Notes: generated by a model not told the origin, from the sequence alone. DNA of 64,000 nt from Terriglobia bacterium (GCA_965218585.1 CBDCLE010000017.1:71470-135469); one strand, 5' to 3'; counted from the stretch's first letter, positions 19,852 through 31,105 are shown. Program-made: numbers and translations.

Positions 19852-20715
19852 ATGGTTAACCCAGGGTTTACTGTGCAAACAACGGATTCTCTCCTCGCCG
19901 TGTCTCCCGAGATCCTCGGTGCCCTCCAGTGTCCTTCCTGCAGGTCCGAGACTCCCCTCGATCAGGGGCCCGAAGCTCTGCGCTGCCAGAGTTGCGGTTT
20001 GAAATATCCGTTCAGCGGCGGTTATCTCGATCTCCTTCCAGATTACGAAGAAAAAATAACGCCGATCCAGCACGTTCTTCAGTTCAAGCCGGCGATCCTG
20101 CTTTACGACAATGTGTGGCGACCTGTCGGGTATTTTCTGACCAGCGATCGATCGTTTTCTACAGACCTCGGCCGGATAACAAAATTGGTGGGACCGGATC
20201 GTCAGCGGTTGGTCCTGGATCTGGCGTGCGGTCCGGGAAATTTCACGCGCAGCATTGCGGGCTCGGGGGAGAACACCCGTGTAATCGGATTTGATTTGGC
20301 CCGGCAGATGCTGGACAGGGCGCGATATCTCACGGACGGAGACAGATATCCCAATGTAGAATTCATGCGCGGTAGTGCGCTGGCGCTACCTTTTCGCCCG
20401 GGTGTCTTTGATGCCGTGAACTGCTGCGGAGCATTGCAGCTGTTTACAGACTACGACCAGGCGTTATCGGAAATCTCACGTGTCCTGAAGGTGGGTGGCG
20501 ACTTCGTGTGCCAGACCGTCGTGGGACCTAAGACCACCCCTCTCTGGCTTCGAATGTCCGACCGTTTGATGAAATTCGGCCACTTCAAGATAGATGAGCT
20601 CAAGGGGCAGCTTCACGACCTGGGACTGGACATCGTCGATGAGGAGCTTTCAAGGGCCAGTTATATTTTCAGGGCCGCAAAAACCGAAGAACAGACCCGA
20701 TCTGCTGCTGGCTGA
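19852..20715 (+). CDS. class I SAM-dependent methyltransferase with an N-terminal Zn-ribbon (Trm112-like)
   Basis: CPSCRS...CQSCG zinc ribbon, then the DLACGPGNF SAM-binding motif (Methyltransf_11-like). Confidence 0.7.
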   Translation: MVNPGFTVQTTDSLLAVSPEILGALQCPSCRSETPLDQGPEALRCQSCGLKYPFSGGYLDLLPDYEEKITPIQHVLQFKPAILLYDNVWRPVGYFLTSDRSFSTDLGRITKLVGPDRQRLVLDLACGPGNFTRSIAGSGENTRVIGFDLARQMLDRARYLTDGDRYPNVEFMRGSALALPFRPGVFDAVNCCGALQLFTDYDQALSEISRVLKVGGDFVCQTVVGPKTTPLWLRMSDRLMKFGHFKIDELKGQLHDLGLDIVDEELSRASYIFRAAKTEEQTRSAAG

Positions 20716-20717
20716 AG

Positions 20718-21329
20718 CTAGTATGTAATCTCGGCACCGTCGGGTGTGAGGACAATCTCTTCGATGCCCCAGGGGATGAGGAAGCCCTCGTCCAGATCGA
20801 CTTCAGGAAATCGCGGGTTTACGAACCGGTCGATGAGAACCTCGACGACCACGATCGGAACAGGAAAACCATCCACACGCACCTGCTGCAACCGGAAGGT
20901 TCCTTCCCCGGCATGACCCTCCAGCGCACCCCTTACAAAGAGACTGTGCGGACTCTCGAGCAGGAGATCCACAATGGGATTTCCGGAACCTTCCTCGGAA
21001 TCAAATGTCAGTTCGGTGGCGGCTGCAATCGTTCCGGCCTCAACCGTCACATCGATCGAATCCACACGGGCAGGAATCTCATCCCCCATCGAAAAGAAGA
21101 CAAAAGATTCCATTTCCGTCTCTGTGACCAGGATCGTCGTGGCTTCATCAAGACCTCGGGTTGATGCATTTTCAGCATCACGTATGGCAACAATCTTGTC
21201 GAAAAGTGAGTTTGCCGCTTCCGGATTCAGACTGGGGGGAGAGTCAGACGATTGCCGGGCGTCGAGAGAAATCGACAGGAGAAAACTAAGAGAAACTGCG
21301 AGGAGAAAGAGCGGCCGAGGGCGAGGCAT
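20718..21329 (-). CDS. secreted hypothetical protein
   Basis: Signal peptide MPRPRPLFLLAVSLSFLLSISLDA. No recognisable domain. Last gene of the rnc-lepB string. Confidence 0.5.
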   Translation of the reverse strand: MPRPRPLFLLAVSLSFLLSISLDARQSSDSPPSLNPEAANSLFDKIVAIRDAENASTRGLDEATTILVTETEMESFVFFSMGDEIPARVDSIDVTVEAGTIAAATELTFDSEEGSGNPIVDLLLESPHSLFVRGALEGHAGEGTFRLQQVRVDGFPVPIVVVEVLIDRFVNPRFPEVDLDEGFLIPWGIEEIVLTPDGAEITY

Positions 21330-21332
21330 CAG

Positions 21333-22097
21333 CTATCGGATGATCATGAACGTTCGGCCCCATCGTGTCTTGCGGAAGAAGTTCAATCCAAGATCCGCGA
21401 TCTGCCCCACCCGACTCCCTGCACCCGCCTCGAGATATTCGTCTGTGTCGGTTTCGTAGGACCAGTAGATGACCAGCGCCTTGCCGACGATGTCCGTCAT
21501 GGGGACGAATCCCCAGTAGCGACTGTCCGAGCTGTTGTCCCGGTTGTCGCCCATGGCGAAGTAGTGTCCTTCGGGCACCAGGATCTCATCGTCGACCATG
21601 TAGTCCTCATACCAGTACGGATCCTGATCCACACCTCCATAGCGCCGGCCGGGATGCGGCCTCGGGGGAAAATAGTCCCGGAACGGGTCTGCATAGGCGC
21701 CCGGTGGACTGATGTGCATCTTGTAGGGCTCGTTCAGGGGGCGATCGTCTACGAAAACCTGCTGCTCGATAATCCGAACGCGCTCGCCCGGAAGACCGAC
21801 CACCCGCTTCACGTAGTGTTTGGTGAGATCTCTTGGGTAGCGAAAAACGATGACGTCTCCTCGATCGACCTTGTTGAACGGAAGGACGGCATCGATCCAG
21901 GATCCTTCGTTTCCGAACGTAAACTTGTTGACAAGAAGATGGTCGCCGACAAGAAGGTTGTTTTCCATCGAAGGTGTGGGAATCTTGAACGCCTGGACGA
22001 TAAACGTCGTTCCGAAAAGCGCCAGAATCACCGTGATCACGAGTGACTCGAAGTATTCGCGGGCAGTTGATTTCGTGTAAGTCGGTTCGTCTGTCAT
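21333..22097 (-). CDS. lepB: signal peptidase I
   Basis: PTPSMENNL (catalytic Ser box), GDNRDNSSDSRYWG (box E), and an N-terminal TM segment. Confidence 0.9.
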   Translation of the reverse strand: MTDEPTYTKSTAREYFESLVITVILALFGTTFIVQAFKIPTPSMENNLLVGDHLLVNKFTFGNEGSWIDAVLPFNKVDRGDVIVFRYPRDLTKHYVKRVVGLPGERVRIIEQQVFVDDRPLNEPYKMHISPPGAYADPFRDYFPPRPHPGRRYGGVDQDPYWYEDYMVDDEILVPEGHYFAMGDNRDNSSDSRYWGFVPMTDIVGKALVIYWSYETDTDEYLEAGAGSRVGQIADLGLNFFRKTRWGRTFMIIR

Positions 22098-22272
22098 TCT
22101 GTTGCTCGAATCATCAGGCGGCCGGCCCAGGCCCGAATTCTCACTATATCGTTTCTGCTCAATTTGTTCCAGCTAAGAGACATACAGAGCAGGCCTTAGC
22201 GTAAGAATTCGGTGTTTCCGAGAACGAACAGCCTTTCGCTCGGTCGTTCAAACGGTCGTAAGAACCGACCAC

Positions 22273-22989
22273 TCAATCCCCATCCTTCTTCAACGCCTCC
22301 ATAGCCTGCATCGCCGCCGCCTGTTCGGCGGCCTTCTTAGTCAAGCCCCGGCCCCGGGCCAGACTCGAATTTCCGACAATGACCTCAACGATAAACAGTT
22401 TCTGGTGATCAGGACCCGCGGCTTCGATCAACTTGTAGTCGGCTGGCTTTTGGCCACGCGCCTGCAAGCCCTCCTGAAGTGCCGACTTGAAATCCGGAAC
22501 CTGGTCTGCGGCGTTCTCAACGTCTTCGATTTGAAGGGTGAAGAATCGAAGAATGACTTCCCTGACCCGATCCAGTCCACCATCGAGATAGATGGCCGCA
22601 ATGAGCGCTTCAAAGGCGTTTACCAACAGGGCCTGCTTCCGCCGGCCTCCGGTCTTCTCTTCACCCCTTCCCAGACGCAGATAGTGGCCCAACTGAATCT
22701 GCTCGGCACATTGAACGAGGTTCGCCGAACTCACAAGAAACCCCTTCAACTTGGACATCTGACCCTCGCTCAGATTCGGTTGTGCGCCACACAGAGCTTC
22801 GCTTACCAGAAATCCGAGGATCGAGTCACCCAGAAATTCGAGCCTCTCGTTGTCGTCCAGGGGGCCGAGATTGTTTTCGTGGGCGTATGAGCTGTGGGTC
22901 AGAGCCTGTTCGAGTAACTCGCGCCGGGCGAACCGGTAGCCCAGCGTCTGCTCTAGTTCATCCAGGTTCTTCATCGAATCAAAAGACAA
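22273..22989 (-). CDS. rnc: ribonuclease III
   Basis: RNase III signature ERLEFLGDS, and a C-terminal dsRBD. Confidence 0.92.
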   Translation of the reverse strand: MSFDSMKNLDELEQTLGYRFARRELLEQALTHSSYAHENNLGPLDDNERLEFLGDSILGFLVSEALCGAQPNLSEGQMSKLKGFLVSSANLVQCAEQIQLGHYLRLGRGEEKTGGRRKQALLVNAFEALIAAIYLDGGLDRVREVILRFFTLQIEDVENAADQVPDFKSALQEGLQARGQKPADYKLIEAAGPDHQKLFIVEVIVGNSSLARGRGLTKKAAEQAAAMQAMEALKKDGD

Positions 22990-22997
22990 TGGACCGC

Positions 22998-24512
22998 TCA
23001 GAAATCACAGCCGGGACCGAACGCCTGATCGACACCCTGGGCAGCAGCTCCCTGGGCTCCCTGAGTGTCGTCACCAACTTCGAGCGCAGACCGGTACTGC
23101 TGGACGGCCGCCTCGCGTTCGCACTGAAGATCGTAAATCCGTCCGAGATAGATATGAGACCACACGCGCATCGATGGTTCTGCACTCTGACTGTCCAGTG
23201 TGCGACTGAAGTACTCACTTGCCAGGAGGGGGTCTCCTTCCCGGCTGACGATCAGGGCCAGACCGTAAAGCGCCGGTCCATTGGAGGGATCGTACTCGGC
23301 CAGCACACGTTCAAAAGCGGATCGAGCGGCGTCATCTTCTCCGGCATTAAAGGCTTCCTGTGCCTCGCGCAAAACGCCCGGGATCGGATCGACCACGGGC
23401 GGTGCGGGCGGCACCTCTGCGGGCCTGATCTCTTCAACGACGAAAGGAATCGAATAAAACTGTTCCTCGAACCGGGCGATTTCGACGTCGACGTCGACCG
23501 AGGCCAGCATGTCGGGAAAGAAATTGCGAATACCGACTTCAGAAGTTTCGTATTCCAAGAGTCGTTCATGAAAAAACGGCACCAGCAGAAGCCCGCTCCG
23601 GTAAGCTGTGTCTATGACGGCATCGAGGTCGGTAACCGGGTCGTCCATGCGCAACTCCACAGCCCGAATCAACGATTCCGCGACCTGTATTTCGAAATCG
23701 TCGGCATAATCGGGTCGGACACCGTCGACCGCACCGATGAGTGACGTCAAGCGCTCTTCCCTCGACAGCTCAACTCTCTCACGAGCCACGATCGGATCCA
23801 GTAGCAGGTGCAGGTATGCGTGTCTGACGTCTTCTACTCGGGGAACGGTGGAGTCGCCCAGCACAATATAGAGATTCTCAGGGTAATTCCGCACGTTGAC
23901 GCTGTTGATCGGGGCCGCAAGTTCGAGAAAAATCACCAGCTGCCTGGGACCGGTCTGACCGAAGGGCCTTCTCACATAAGCGTCGCTCTGGAGAATCGTA
24001 TCCCGTATCGGAGGTCCCATCTGGTCGAGAGCCTCATCGTAACTGGGACCGAGCGCAGACCACAATTGGGTGATCCGGGCGGTATCATAGAATTCACGGA
24101 GCAGCGGAAGAAACCCTTCAAGTTCACGGGCGTCGGGCGGAATGAAGTCTTCGTCAAAGGCAAATTCCAGCGTCGGTGGGTCGGTCAGATTCAGGGCGAG
24201 CGAAAGGTATTTCGCAAGTTGAGTCTCGTCCAGATCACCTGCTCTGTGCTGGTCATAAAACTCACGGAGACGACGGACAAGGTCAGGATCCACTGTCCCT
24301 ACCGCGTCACGCATCTGTTGGCGGACCGGATGATACCGTGCGGCCAGTTCAACGTCGAAACCTGCGGCATTCAGAGCGGCGACCACGGAGAAAACCCTGA
24401 CATCGCGATCAATTACGGCGGTAACACCCTGCGCATGGGCGGCAGCGCTGCCAAGCCCCAGGCATAGGCAAACTACTAACCCAAGCTGTTTACGCAACAT
24501 GCAAAGCATCAT
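22998..24512 (-). CDS. secreted hypothetical protein with a C-terminal TPR-like region
   Basis: Signal peptide MMLCMLRKQLGLVVCLCLGLGSAAAHAQG at the internal Met. A ~400-aa unknown domain is followed by a TPR-like C-terminus. First gene of the hyp-rnc-lepB-hyp co-directional string. Confidence 0.5.
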   Translation of the reverse strand: MMLCMLRKQLGLVVCLCLGLGSAAAHAQGVTAVIDRDVRVFSVVAALNAAGFDVELAARYHPVRQQMRDAVGTVDPDLVRRLREFYDQHRAGDLDETQLAKYLSLALNLTDPPTLEFAFDEDFIPPDARELEGFLPLLREFYDTARITQLWSALGPSYDEALDQMGPPIRDTILQSDAYVRRPFGQTGPRQLVIFLELAAPINSVNVRNYPENLYIVLGDSTVPRVEDVRHAYLHLLLDPIVARERVELSREERLTSLIGAVDGVRPDYADDFEIQVAESLIRAVELRMDDPVTDLDAVIDTAYRSGLLLVPFFHERLLEYETSEVGIRNFFPDMLASVDVDVEIARFEEQFYSIPFVVEEIRPAEVPPAPPVVDPIPGVLREAQEAFNAGEDDAARSAFERVLAEYDPSNGPALYGLALIVSREGDPLLASEYFSRTLDSQSAEPSMRVWSHIYLGRIYDLQCEREAAVQQYRSALEVGDDTQGAQGAAAQGVDQAFGPGCDF

Positions 24513-24573
24513 AGCATGTGGGGGGCATGAAGAGTCATGAGGGGTCGGACCCCATGGGACCGGTACGCTAAAG

Positions 24574-25431
24574 ATGAACTTCGGCATTTCAACCTATGCT
24601 TTCGGCGACGAGGAAATTTCCCCCCGGCTCCTGGATCACCTTCTCCGGGCGGGCTTCACGCGGATCGAACTATTTGCCAACCGCCCGCACTGGAACTACC
24701 ACGACAGAGGCCTCACAAAAGAACTGGCCCGATGGTTTCAGACCAACGATGTCGAGCCTCCGTTCCTGCATCTTCCGTTCTTCGAACAAAAAGGAAAAGG
24801 CGACGTTCGACCGATCTCAGCATTGGCAAACAACGAACGCGACCGGAAACACGCTATCGACGAAGTCAAGCGGGCACTCGAATTCACGGACCTGCAATCT
24901 GTAGCTCACGTCGTCGTGCACCTGGGTGTGCCCCGGCAGGAGTTCACTCCTCTCCTGTTCGAGCATGCATACGCTCTTATGCGACATATTTCGGAATTTG
25001 CCGGCGTAAACATCGTTATAGAAAACATCCCGAACGAAATATCGACGATAGAACGCATTGCCGAGTTCCTGAATGTGTCCCAACTTCCCGAGATTCGAAT
25101 CTGCTACGATACCGGCCACGGGCGCCTTCAGGGTCCGCTTCCCCAACTGGATGGAGTTGCCCAGATTCACCTCAGTGACAACAACGGCAGCCTGGACGAC
25201 CATCTGTGGCCGTTCGAAGGACAATTAAACTGGCCCGAGTTCGTCCGAGAACTTGTAAGATCAGGCTTTGCGGGCCCGATGGTGTTCGAAGCACTGAATC
25301 CGGACGTCGATCGCGGCCGGGAAGCTCGAAGCCGTTTGCAAGATTTGATCGACGAGGCGAGTCGGTCGGACGAGGAGTTTGCTAGAAAATACCGGCTGGA
25401 CCTGAACAACGATGACAACGACCTACATTGA
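24574..25431 (+). CDS. sugar phosphate isomerase/epimerase (xylose isomerase-like TIM barrel)
   Basis: Typical AP-endo2/XylA-like TIM-barrel sequence ([10 protein letters not shown]..., HLG..., ENIP..., TGHG). Confidence 0.7.
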   Translation: MNFGISTYAFGDEEISPRLLDHLLRAGFTRIELFANRPHWNYHDRGLTKELARWFQTNDVEPPFLHLPFFEQKGKGDVRPISALANNERDRKHAIDEVKRALEFTDLQSVAHVVVHLGVPRQEFTPLLFEHAYALMRHISEFAGVNIVIENIPNEISTIERIAEFLNVSQLPEIRICYDTGHGRLQGPLPQLDGVAQIHLSDNNGSLDDHLWPFEGQLNWPEFVRELVRSGFAGPMVFEALNPDVDRGREARSRLQDLIDEASRSDEEFARKYRLDLNNDDNDLH

Positions 25432-26713
25432 AGATATCGGCAAGCACGTCGGCCAAGAAGTAACCGTTCGTGGTTGGCTTCACAATAAACGTTCGAGCGG
25501 AAAGCTCCGCTTTCTCATCGTTCGCGACGGTACGGGCTACATACAGGCCGTCGTCTTCAAGAAAGCCGTACCGGAAGAAACTTTCCAGGCCGCAACCGAT
25601 CTGACCCACGAGTCTTCGTTCACGGTAACGGGAACTGTTCGAGCCGACGAACGGGCACCCGGCGGGCACGAAATGGATGTCACCGCTATCGAGGCACTTC
25701 AGATCGTAGGGGCGGAGGAAGAATTCCCGATCACACCCAAGGAACACGGCATCGAGTTCCTTATGGACCACCGCCATCTCTGGATTCGTTCCAGGCGCCA
25801 ACGTGCAATCCTCAAGGTCCGGCACGAAATCATCCGCGCTGCGCGCGACTTCCTCGACGACGATGGGTTCACGCTCTGCGACACGCCCATCCTGACCCCG
25901 GCAGCCTGCGAAGGAACGACGACGCTTTTCGAGGTGGACTACTTTGACGAAAATGCCTTCCTCGCTCAATCGGGACAACTTTATGGCGAGGCTACTGCAG
26001 CGGCCCTGGGTAAGGTCTACAATTTCGGTCCCACCTTCAGGGCCGAAAAATCGAAGACGCGTCGTCATCTGACCGAATTCTGGATGGTCGAACCCGAAGT
26101 GGCCTACGCCACGGTAGAAGACATGATGGACCTCTCAGAAAGATACATCAGTCACATCGTCGGGCGTGTCCTCGATCGCAGAGGAGAAGAACTCAATGAC
26201 CTCGAGCGCGACGTATCTACTCTCGAGAAGATTTCCCCGCCGTTCCCCCGTATTTCCTACGACGAGGCCATCGAGATTCTTCAGAAAAACGGTTCAGAAA
26301 TTCAATGGGGAAGCGATTTCGGAGGAACGGACGAGACGATCCTGTCCGAACACTTTGAAAAACCTGTCCTGATCCACCGGTATCCGTCGGCGATCAAGGC
26401 CTTCTACATGGAACCAGACGCCGAAAGGCCCGAAGTTGCCCTGTGTCTGGACGTTCTGGCGCCGGAAGGTTACGGGGAGATCATCGGCGGGGGGCAACGA
26501 ACCGCCAACCATCAACTCCTTCTCGAGCGAATCGAGGAGCACGATCTCCCACGAAAGGATTTCGAGTGGTACCTGGATTTGAGGAAGTTCGGATCGGTAC
26601 CCCATTCCGGATTTGGAATGGGAATTGAACGCGTGGTCGCGTGGATCTGCCGTCTGGATCACGTGAGGGAAACAATCCCTTTTCCGCGGATGCTCTACAG
26701 GCTGAGCCCATAG
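25412..26713 (+). CDS. asnS: asparagine--tRNA ligase (class IIb aaRS; an Asp-type cannot be fully excluded)
   Basis: 433 aa, N-terminal OB anticodon-binding domain, class II motifs ([19 protein letters not shown]). Confidence 0.65.
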   Translation: MTTTYIEDIGKHVGQEVTVRGWLHNKRSSGKLRFLIVRDGTGYIQAVVFKKAVPEETFQAATDLTHESSFTVTGTVRADERAPGGHEMDVTAIEALQIVGAEEEFPITPKEHGIEFLMDHRHLWIRSRRQRAILKVRHEIIRAARDFLDDDGFTLCDTPILTPAACEGTTTLFEVDYFDENAFLAQSGQLYGEATAAALGKVYNFGPTFRAEKSKTRRHLTEFWMVEPEVAYATVEDMMDLSERYISHIVGRVLDRRGEELNDLERDVSTLEKISPPFPRISYDEAIEILQKNGSEIQWGSDFGGTDETILSEHFEKPVLIHRYPSAIKAFYMEPDAERPEVALCLDVLAPEGYGEIIGGGQRTANHQLLLERIEEHDLPRKDFEWYLDLRKFGSVPHSGFGMGIERVVAWICRLDHVRETIPFPRMLYRLSP

Positions 26714-26726
26714 CCGTACTCTTACA

Positions 26727-26800
26727 CTGACGCCTCGGCTTCGCCTCGTTGTCCACCCGCACCGGAGGCCGGTGCGGGTCCTCCCCCTTGGTCAAAGTAT
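26727..26800 (+). repeat. ~75-nt intergenic repeat element, copy A (conserved 30-nt 5' block plus GC hairpin); copy B is at 32330..32400
   Basis: Both copies share ctgacgcctcggctYcgcctcgttgtccac, followed by a hairpin. Copy A is cccgcaccgg-agg-ccggtgcggg. Copy B is cctgcaccc-tcggaa-gggtgcggg, with compensatory changes and a wobble. Confidence 0.6.
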
Positions 26801-27077
26801 CGATGAGTCCTGAAAGGGCTTCCAATCAGTATGATTGCGTGGGGGGACCGGACCGGCATTCGAGTTCCCGAGCAACATCGAATCGCGAAAAGGTCAGTGC
26901 ACTCTCGACGGTTTGGGTTATTGGGGGACGGTGGGCCCGGCGCTAATGACGTCAGCGAGCTGCGCCGGTCGTTCGGCCACGATGGCCGTCTGAACAACCG
27001 AGCGCAATCTTTCAGCCAACGGGGAGGGGCCTCCATCTCTAAGCGTCGACCGAAGGACGAGTGGCAACTCTCGGAAT

Positions 27078-27100
27078 GGACAGAGCTGTCCGCCCCTTTT
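27078..27100 (+). terminator. Rho-independent terminator-like hairpin + T-run (GGACAGAGCUGUCC GCCCCUUUU)
   Basis: 6-bp GC stem ggacag/ctgtcc with a 3-nt loop, followed by gcccctttt. It sits about 365 nt downstream of the asnS stop and abuts the convergent coaE stop. Confidence 0.5.
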
Positions 27101-27101
27101 C

Positions 27102-27710
27102 CTACTCTCCCACCAACCTCACCAGCTCAGCGTAAACCTCTTCGACACGCCTCCGTGTATCTTCCAGCGACCCCGAATTATCCACAACGAAATCAGCGTG
27201 TCCTGCCTTTTCCTCGAGAGGCATCTGGGATTCAATCCTGGCCTCAATGGCCTCGGGCGTCAAACCGGGGCGCCCAGCAAGACGGTTCCGTTGCTGCTGG
27301 GGCTGGCAGGTCACCACCACCAGTCGATCGAATCGTTTGTAGCCTCCTGACTCGACCATCAACGCTGCATCGACAATAGCAATGGCGTTCGGATCTTCAC
27401 GTCGGACACTTTCCAGAAATGCGTCCTGGCGCGCCTTGACTGCAGGATGCACAAGCGAATTCAGTGTTTCTCGTTGGGAACGCTCACTGAAGACGATGGC
27501 AGCCAGCTTTGACCTGTCGATCCCTCCTCCCTCATCGAGAATCCCGGGACCGAATTCGGCAACGACCGCCTCATGCACTTCTTCGCCGGCTTCAAATAAC
27601 TCGTGTGTGATCTGGTCAGAATCGATCAGGCGACAACCCAGTGCGACGAACATCTCCCCGACGCGCGTCTTGCCACAGCCGATCCCTCCTGTGAGACCGA
27701 CGCTCAGCAC
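27102..27710 (-). CDS. coaE: dephospho-CoA kinase
   Basis: P-loop GLTGGIGCGKT. The ORF has an N-terminal extension; the start is likely GTG/ATG near 27710. Confidence 0.8.
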   Translation of the reverse strand: MLSVGLTGGIGCGKTRVGEMFVALGCRLIDSDQITHELFEAGEEVHEAVVAEFGPGILDEGGGIDRSKLAAIVFSERSQRETLNSLVHPAVKARQDAFLESVRREDPNAIAIVDAALMVESGGYKRFDRLVVVTCQPQQQRNRLAGRPGLTPEAIEARIESQMPLEEKAGHADFVVDNSGSLEDTRRRVEEVYAELVRLVGE

Positions 27711-27981
27711 GAGTGACCTGTACCACCCATATTGGGACCAGCGCCGATGGGTCCTGCGGGTGAGATCGCGGCGGGAGACGGAAGTCGATGTTTTCGCATC
27801 GACGACGGCTCGCAACAAAGATATCGCCCGCAATCCCCATCGGCCCGGAGGGTTGAGGCGAAACGGCGCCGTCTTCGTTGTCGTCGACTCGTCGGAATGA
27901 GGAGCATTCCCTCCTCATCGACTCCTAGAATCCGGAGTCGTTTGGCCGCAACGCTGGTCCCAATATGGGTGGTACAGGTCA

Positions 27982-28920
27982 CTAGATGTCTCTCCGCAGG
28001 CGGGCTCCGGTTATCGTGTTCTTCATCAGTACCGCTATCGTCATGGGTCCGGCGCCACCGGGAACAGGAGACAACATCGACGCAACTTCCAGTGCATCCC
28101 GCTCATGAACGTCGCCCGCCCAGATGTAGCCCCTCTTGTCGAATTGGTCGAGCCGCGGCGACTCTTCGCCGAACAACCGCTCGACCTCGTCCCGATCCGT
28201 CACCTGATTCGTCCCCACGTCAATGACGACGGCACCCGGCTTTATGAAATCGCCGGTCACCATCGCGAGGCGACCAATTGCTGCCACGACGATATCGGCC
28301 TCTCGTGTGACCGAAGCAAGATCCCTCGTCCGCGAGTGACAGATCGTGACCGTCGCGTGCCGGTGCATGAGCAGCATCGCCATGGGTTTGCCTACATCGT
28401 CACTACGGCCCAACACAACTGCCCGTGCTCCTTCGATCTGCACCCCGGACCTCTGAAGCATCTCCAGAACACCCAGAGGTGTACAGGCCACGAGGCCCTG
28501 GTGACCGAGAACAAGTGAGCCAATATTGGAGGAATGAAATCCATCGACGTCCTTGAGGGGAGCGACAGCCTCCAGAACCCTGTGTTTATCAACCTGCTCA
28601 GGCAGAGGCAACTGGACGAGAATGCCGTCGATCGAGTCGTCCTTATTCAGTTCGTCGATACGTTCAAGCAGTTCGGTCTCCCTGATGTCCTCGGGAAGAT
28701 CCAGTTTGAGGCTCCTCATCCCCAGCCGCTCGCACATTCGCGCTTTCATGCCGACATATGAAGCCGATGCCGGGTTGCTACCGACCAGGACGACCGCCAG
28801 ACCGGGTGTGACCCCTTTTCTCTTCAACATCTCAACGTCGGCGGCGACCTCTTCCTGTATCTGCTTGGCGATCCCGGTTCCGTTGATTAAGGTAGCTGCC
28901 ACAAAAAAACCTCTCTCCAT
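27982..28920 (-). CDS. folD: bifunctional methylenetetrahydrofolate dehydrogenase / methenyl-THF cyclohydrolase
   Basis: YVGMKARMCERLG, GILVQLPLP, and an NAD(P)-binding C-terminal domain. Confidence 0.9.
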   Translation of the reverse strand: MERGFFVAATLINGTGIAKQIQEEVAADVEMLKRKGVTPGLAVVLVGSNPASASYVGMKARMCERLGMRSLKLDLPEDIRETELLERIDELNKDDSIDGILVQLPLPEQVDKHRVLEAVAPLKDVDGFHSSNIGSLVLGHQGLVACTPLGVLEMLQRSGVQIEGARAVVLGRSDDVGKPMAMLLMHRHATVTICHSRTRDLASVTREADIVVAAIGRLAMVTGDFIKPGAVVIDVGTNQVTDRDEVERLFGEESPRLDQFDKRGYIWAGDVHERDALEVASMLSPVPGGAGPMTIAVLMKNTITGARLRRDI

Positions 28921-28972
28921 AAAATAGATCCCATCATACACTGCTTCCCAGTGGGTTAATTGGCTCCACAGA

Positions 28973-31081
28973 TTGACGATGACGACCCTGTTTACACTAC
29001 TGATAGCGATTACGCTCCCAACCGGTTTGATCGAGCGCGCGCTCGATTTCTTTGAGCGGGGAGACTATCGGACCTCGGCCGAACTGCTGGATGAGGCCGC
29101 TGCGGTTGATCCCGAAGAGTTTCAACTAAACAACCTGCACTACCTGCGCGGACGGATCGCTCTGGAAGAAGAAGATTGGTCGCGGGCGGAATCTGAGTTC
29201 GCACAAGTATCCGAGAGTAGCGTTCTCGGTGACCTTGCCTTGTGGCACCGCGGGCGCGTTGCACTTCGAGACAGTCGTAGTGGGGACACACTTCGGTTTC
29301 TGACCCTGCTGGGACCAGGTTTCCCCGACGCGCTCCGTCTCGAATTGGCCGAGGGCGCCCCAGAGGATGTCGCCCTGACCATTTACCGGTCGGTGTCGGG
29401 CCGAGAGTCGCAGTGGAAGCAGGCGTCGATCCTGGACGACGAAGACGCGATGTGGCAGCTCCTGAACCTCAGCCGCGGCGACGAATTCGCCCTTACAGGC
29501 AGCCAGAAGACTGGATGGAAGACCCGCGACTCCGGCCGAAAGCCTCCGGTTGGCGAAAACATTCCACACTCACCGCATCTTCGATCGGGCCGAAGCCATC
29601 TATTCGACGCTGCTCGAAGATCGCTCCGCGATCGGTGCCCAGGCCCATTACGAGTTGGGCCGGACTTACTTTCAAAGACTACGGTATGACGATGCCATCG
29701 CCGTATATCGGGCCACGACCGAAAGATTTCCCGACACCGACTGGGAACGCGAGGCGGATGAGCAGATCCCGCCGAATTACTGGCGCAGCCTGGACTACCC
29801 CAGGGCCATCGCGGCCTATGAGGCACTGATCGACAATACGACGATGACCCGGACCTCTATCAATCGGCGCTCCGCGACATGATCGACATCCGTCGCGCGA
29901 TGGGCGAGGTGGACCAAGCGCAGCGTTTGATCGACCAGGCACTGGCTGCGAGCCCCGATAGGAGGGACCGGGCCGTCCTCACCTTCACCCGGGCCAAGAT
30001 CCATCATGGCGAAGGACAGTACGCCGAAGCGCTCGGATCGTTTAGCCAGCTTCGCGGCGTGCGAACAGGCCGGGCAGCTAACGGAACGGATCAGACCGAA
30101 GTGCGGTTTTTTGAAGCGGCCAGCCTCGAAGCGCTAGGGCGCACCGACGAAGCACATGCGATCTGGACCGAGCTTTCCGAAGAGCCCTTCGGTTACTACG
30201 GCCTTCGATCTTTCGAGAAACTCGGCGACAGCTCAGCTCCTTCCGCCACACTGCAACAGATGGTCTCGAGGGCCAGGGAGACTCCTGCGGCCTCTCTATG
30301 CGGCGAGGCCTCCAACCTGGATTTCATCGATGTGGTTCGGCAGCGACGACTCTCAAGGACACGTGGTTTTCTCACACCGGGATCTGTAGAAACAGACCTG
30401 GTGGGAGAGCTGGTCTTTCTGCGTCAATGGGACGAAGCGTTCTACTGGGCAAACCGTGTCGCCTCCAGATGGAGAGACCAGGCACTGGCCGATTTGGCAT
30501 ATCTCGCTTCAGATTTCAGGCGCTCGATGCTTTACGCGGACCGTTTGAGACCGGTCGCCGACATAGGGTTGTTCTCACTGGACGCGGAGTATTCGCCTGA
30601 GACACGGGTTCTCATGGACATGCTCTACCCTACGGCGTTCCGGGATATCGTCTGTCGAGAAGCCCAAGCCGCGGCCGTCAATCCGCTCTGGTTACACGCC
30701 ATCATGTGGCAGGAGAGCCGATACAACCCCGAGGCACTCTCCAGCGCGTCGGCCCGAGGCCTGATGCAGTTCATCCCGGAAACAGCGACTCGCATCGCCA
30801 ACGAAGTTGGGCTGACGGACTTCATGCTGGACGACCTGTACCGGTCCGAGATCAGCATTCGCCTCGGCGCGCGTTACTGGGCCGAACTGATTGAAGTGTT
30901 CGGAAGTCCCGAACTGGCACTGGCCGCATACAACGGCGGTGAAAGAAACGTCGAGCGTTGGCGGGCAAAATCAGAGCTGGAAGATACGGAAAGCTTCGTC
31001 TCCGACATCGGTTTCACCCAAACGAAGGCCTACGTTCGCGAAGTCTTCGGACTCTTCGCGAAATATGCCCATCTTCTTTAG
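28973..31081 (+). CDS. soluble lytic murein transglycosylase (Slt-like: N-terminal superhelical TPR-like domain + C-terminal SLT domain), reading frame broken twice
   Basis: SLT catalytic block AIMWQESRYNPEALSSASARGLMQFIP...AAYNGG lies in the frame 29879..31081. The N-terminal helical domain is spread over the frames 28973.., 29550.. and 29879.., with single-base frame changes near 29500 and near 29840. Confidence 0.75.
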
Positions 31082-31105
31082 CGGATCTCGGCTCCGGACA
31101 TTTTC

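Noticed and set aside
26845-26900. tmRNA-like 5' end (GGGGGGACCGG...CAUUCGAG)
   Set aside because: It superficially resembles the tmRNA acceptor/D region. But no T-arm (GGUUCGAxUCC), no CCA-proximal acceptor complement and no tag-peptide reading frame with resume codon could be found downstream before the terminator at 27078.
29383-29829. ORFs 29383..29826 (-) and 29413..29829 (+) within the Slt N-terminal region
   Set aside because: They are Arg/Pro-rich products in frames overlapping the frameshifted Slt helical domain. The Slt reading (TPR-like helices continuous with the SLT catalytic domain) explains the region better.
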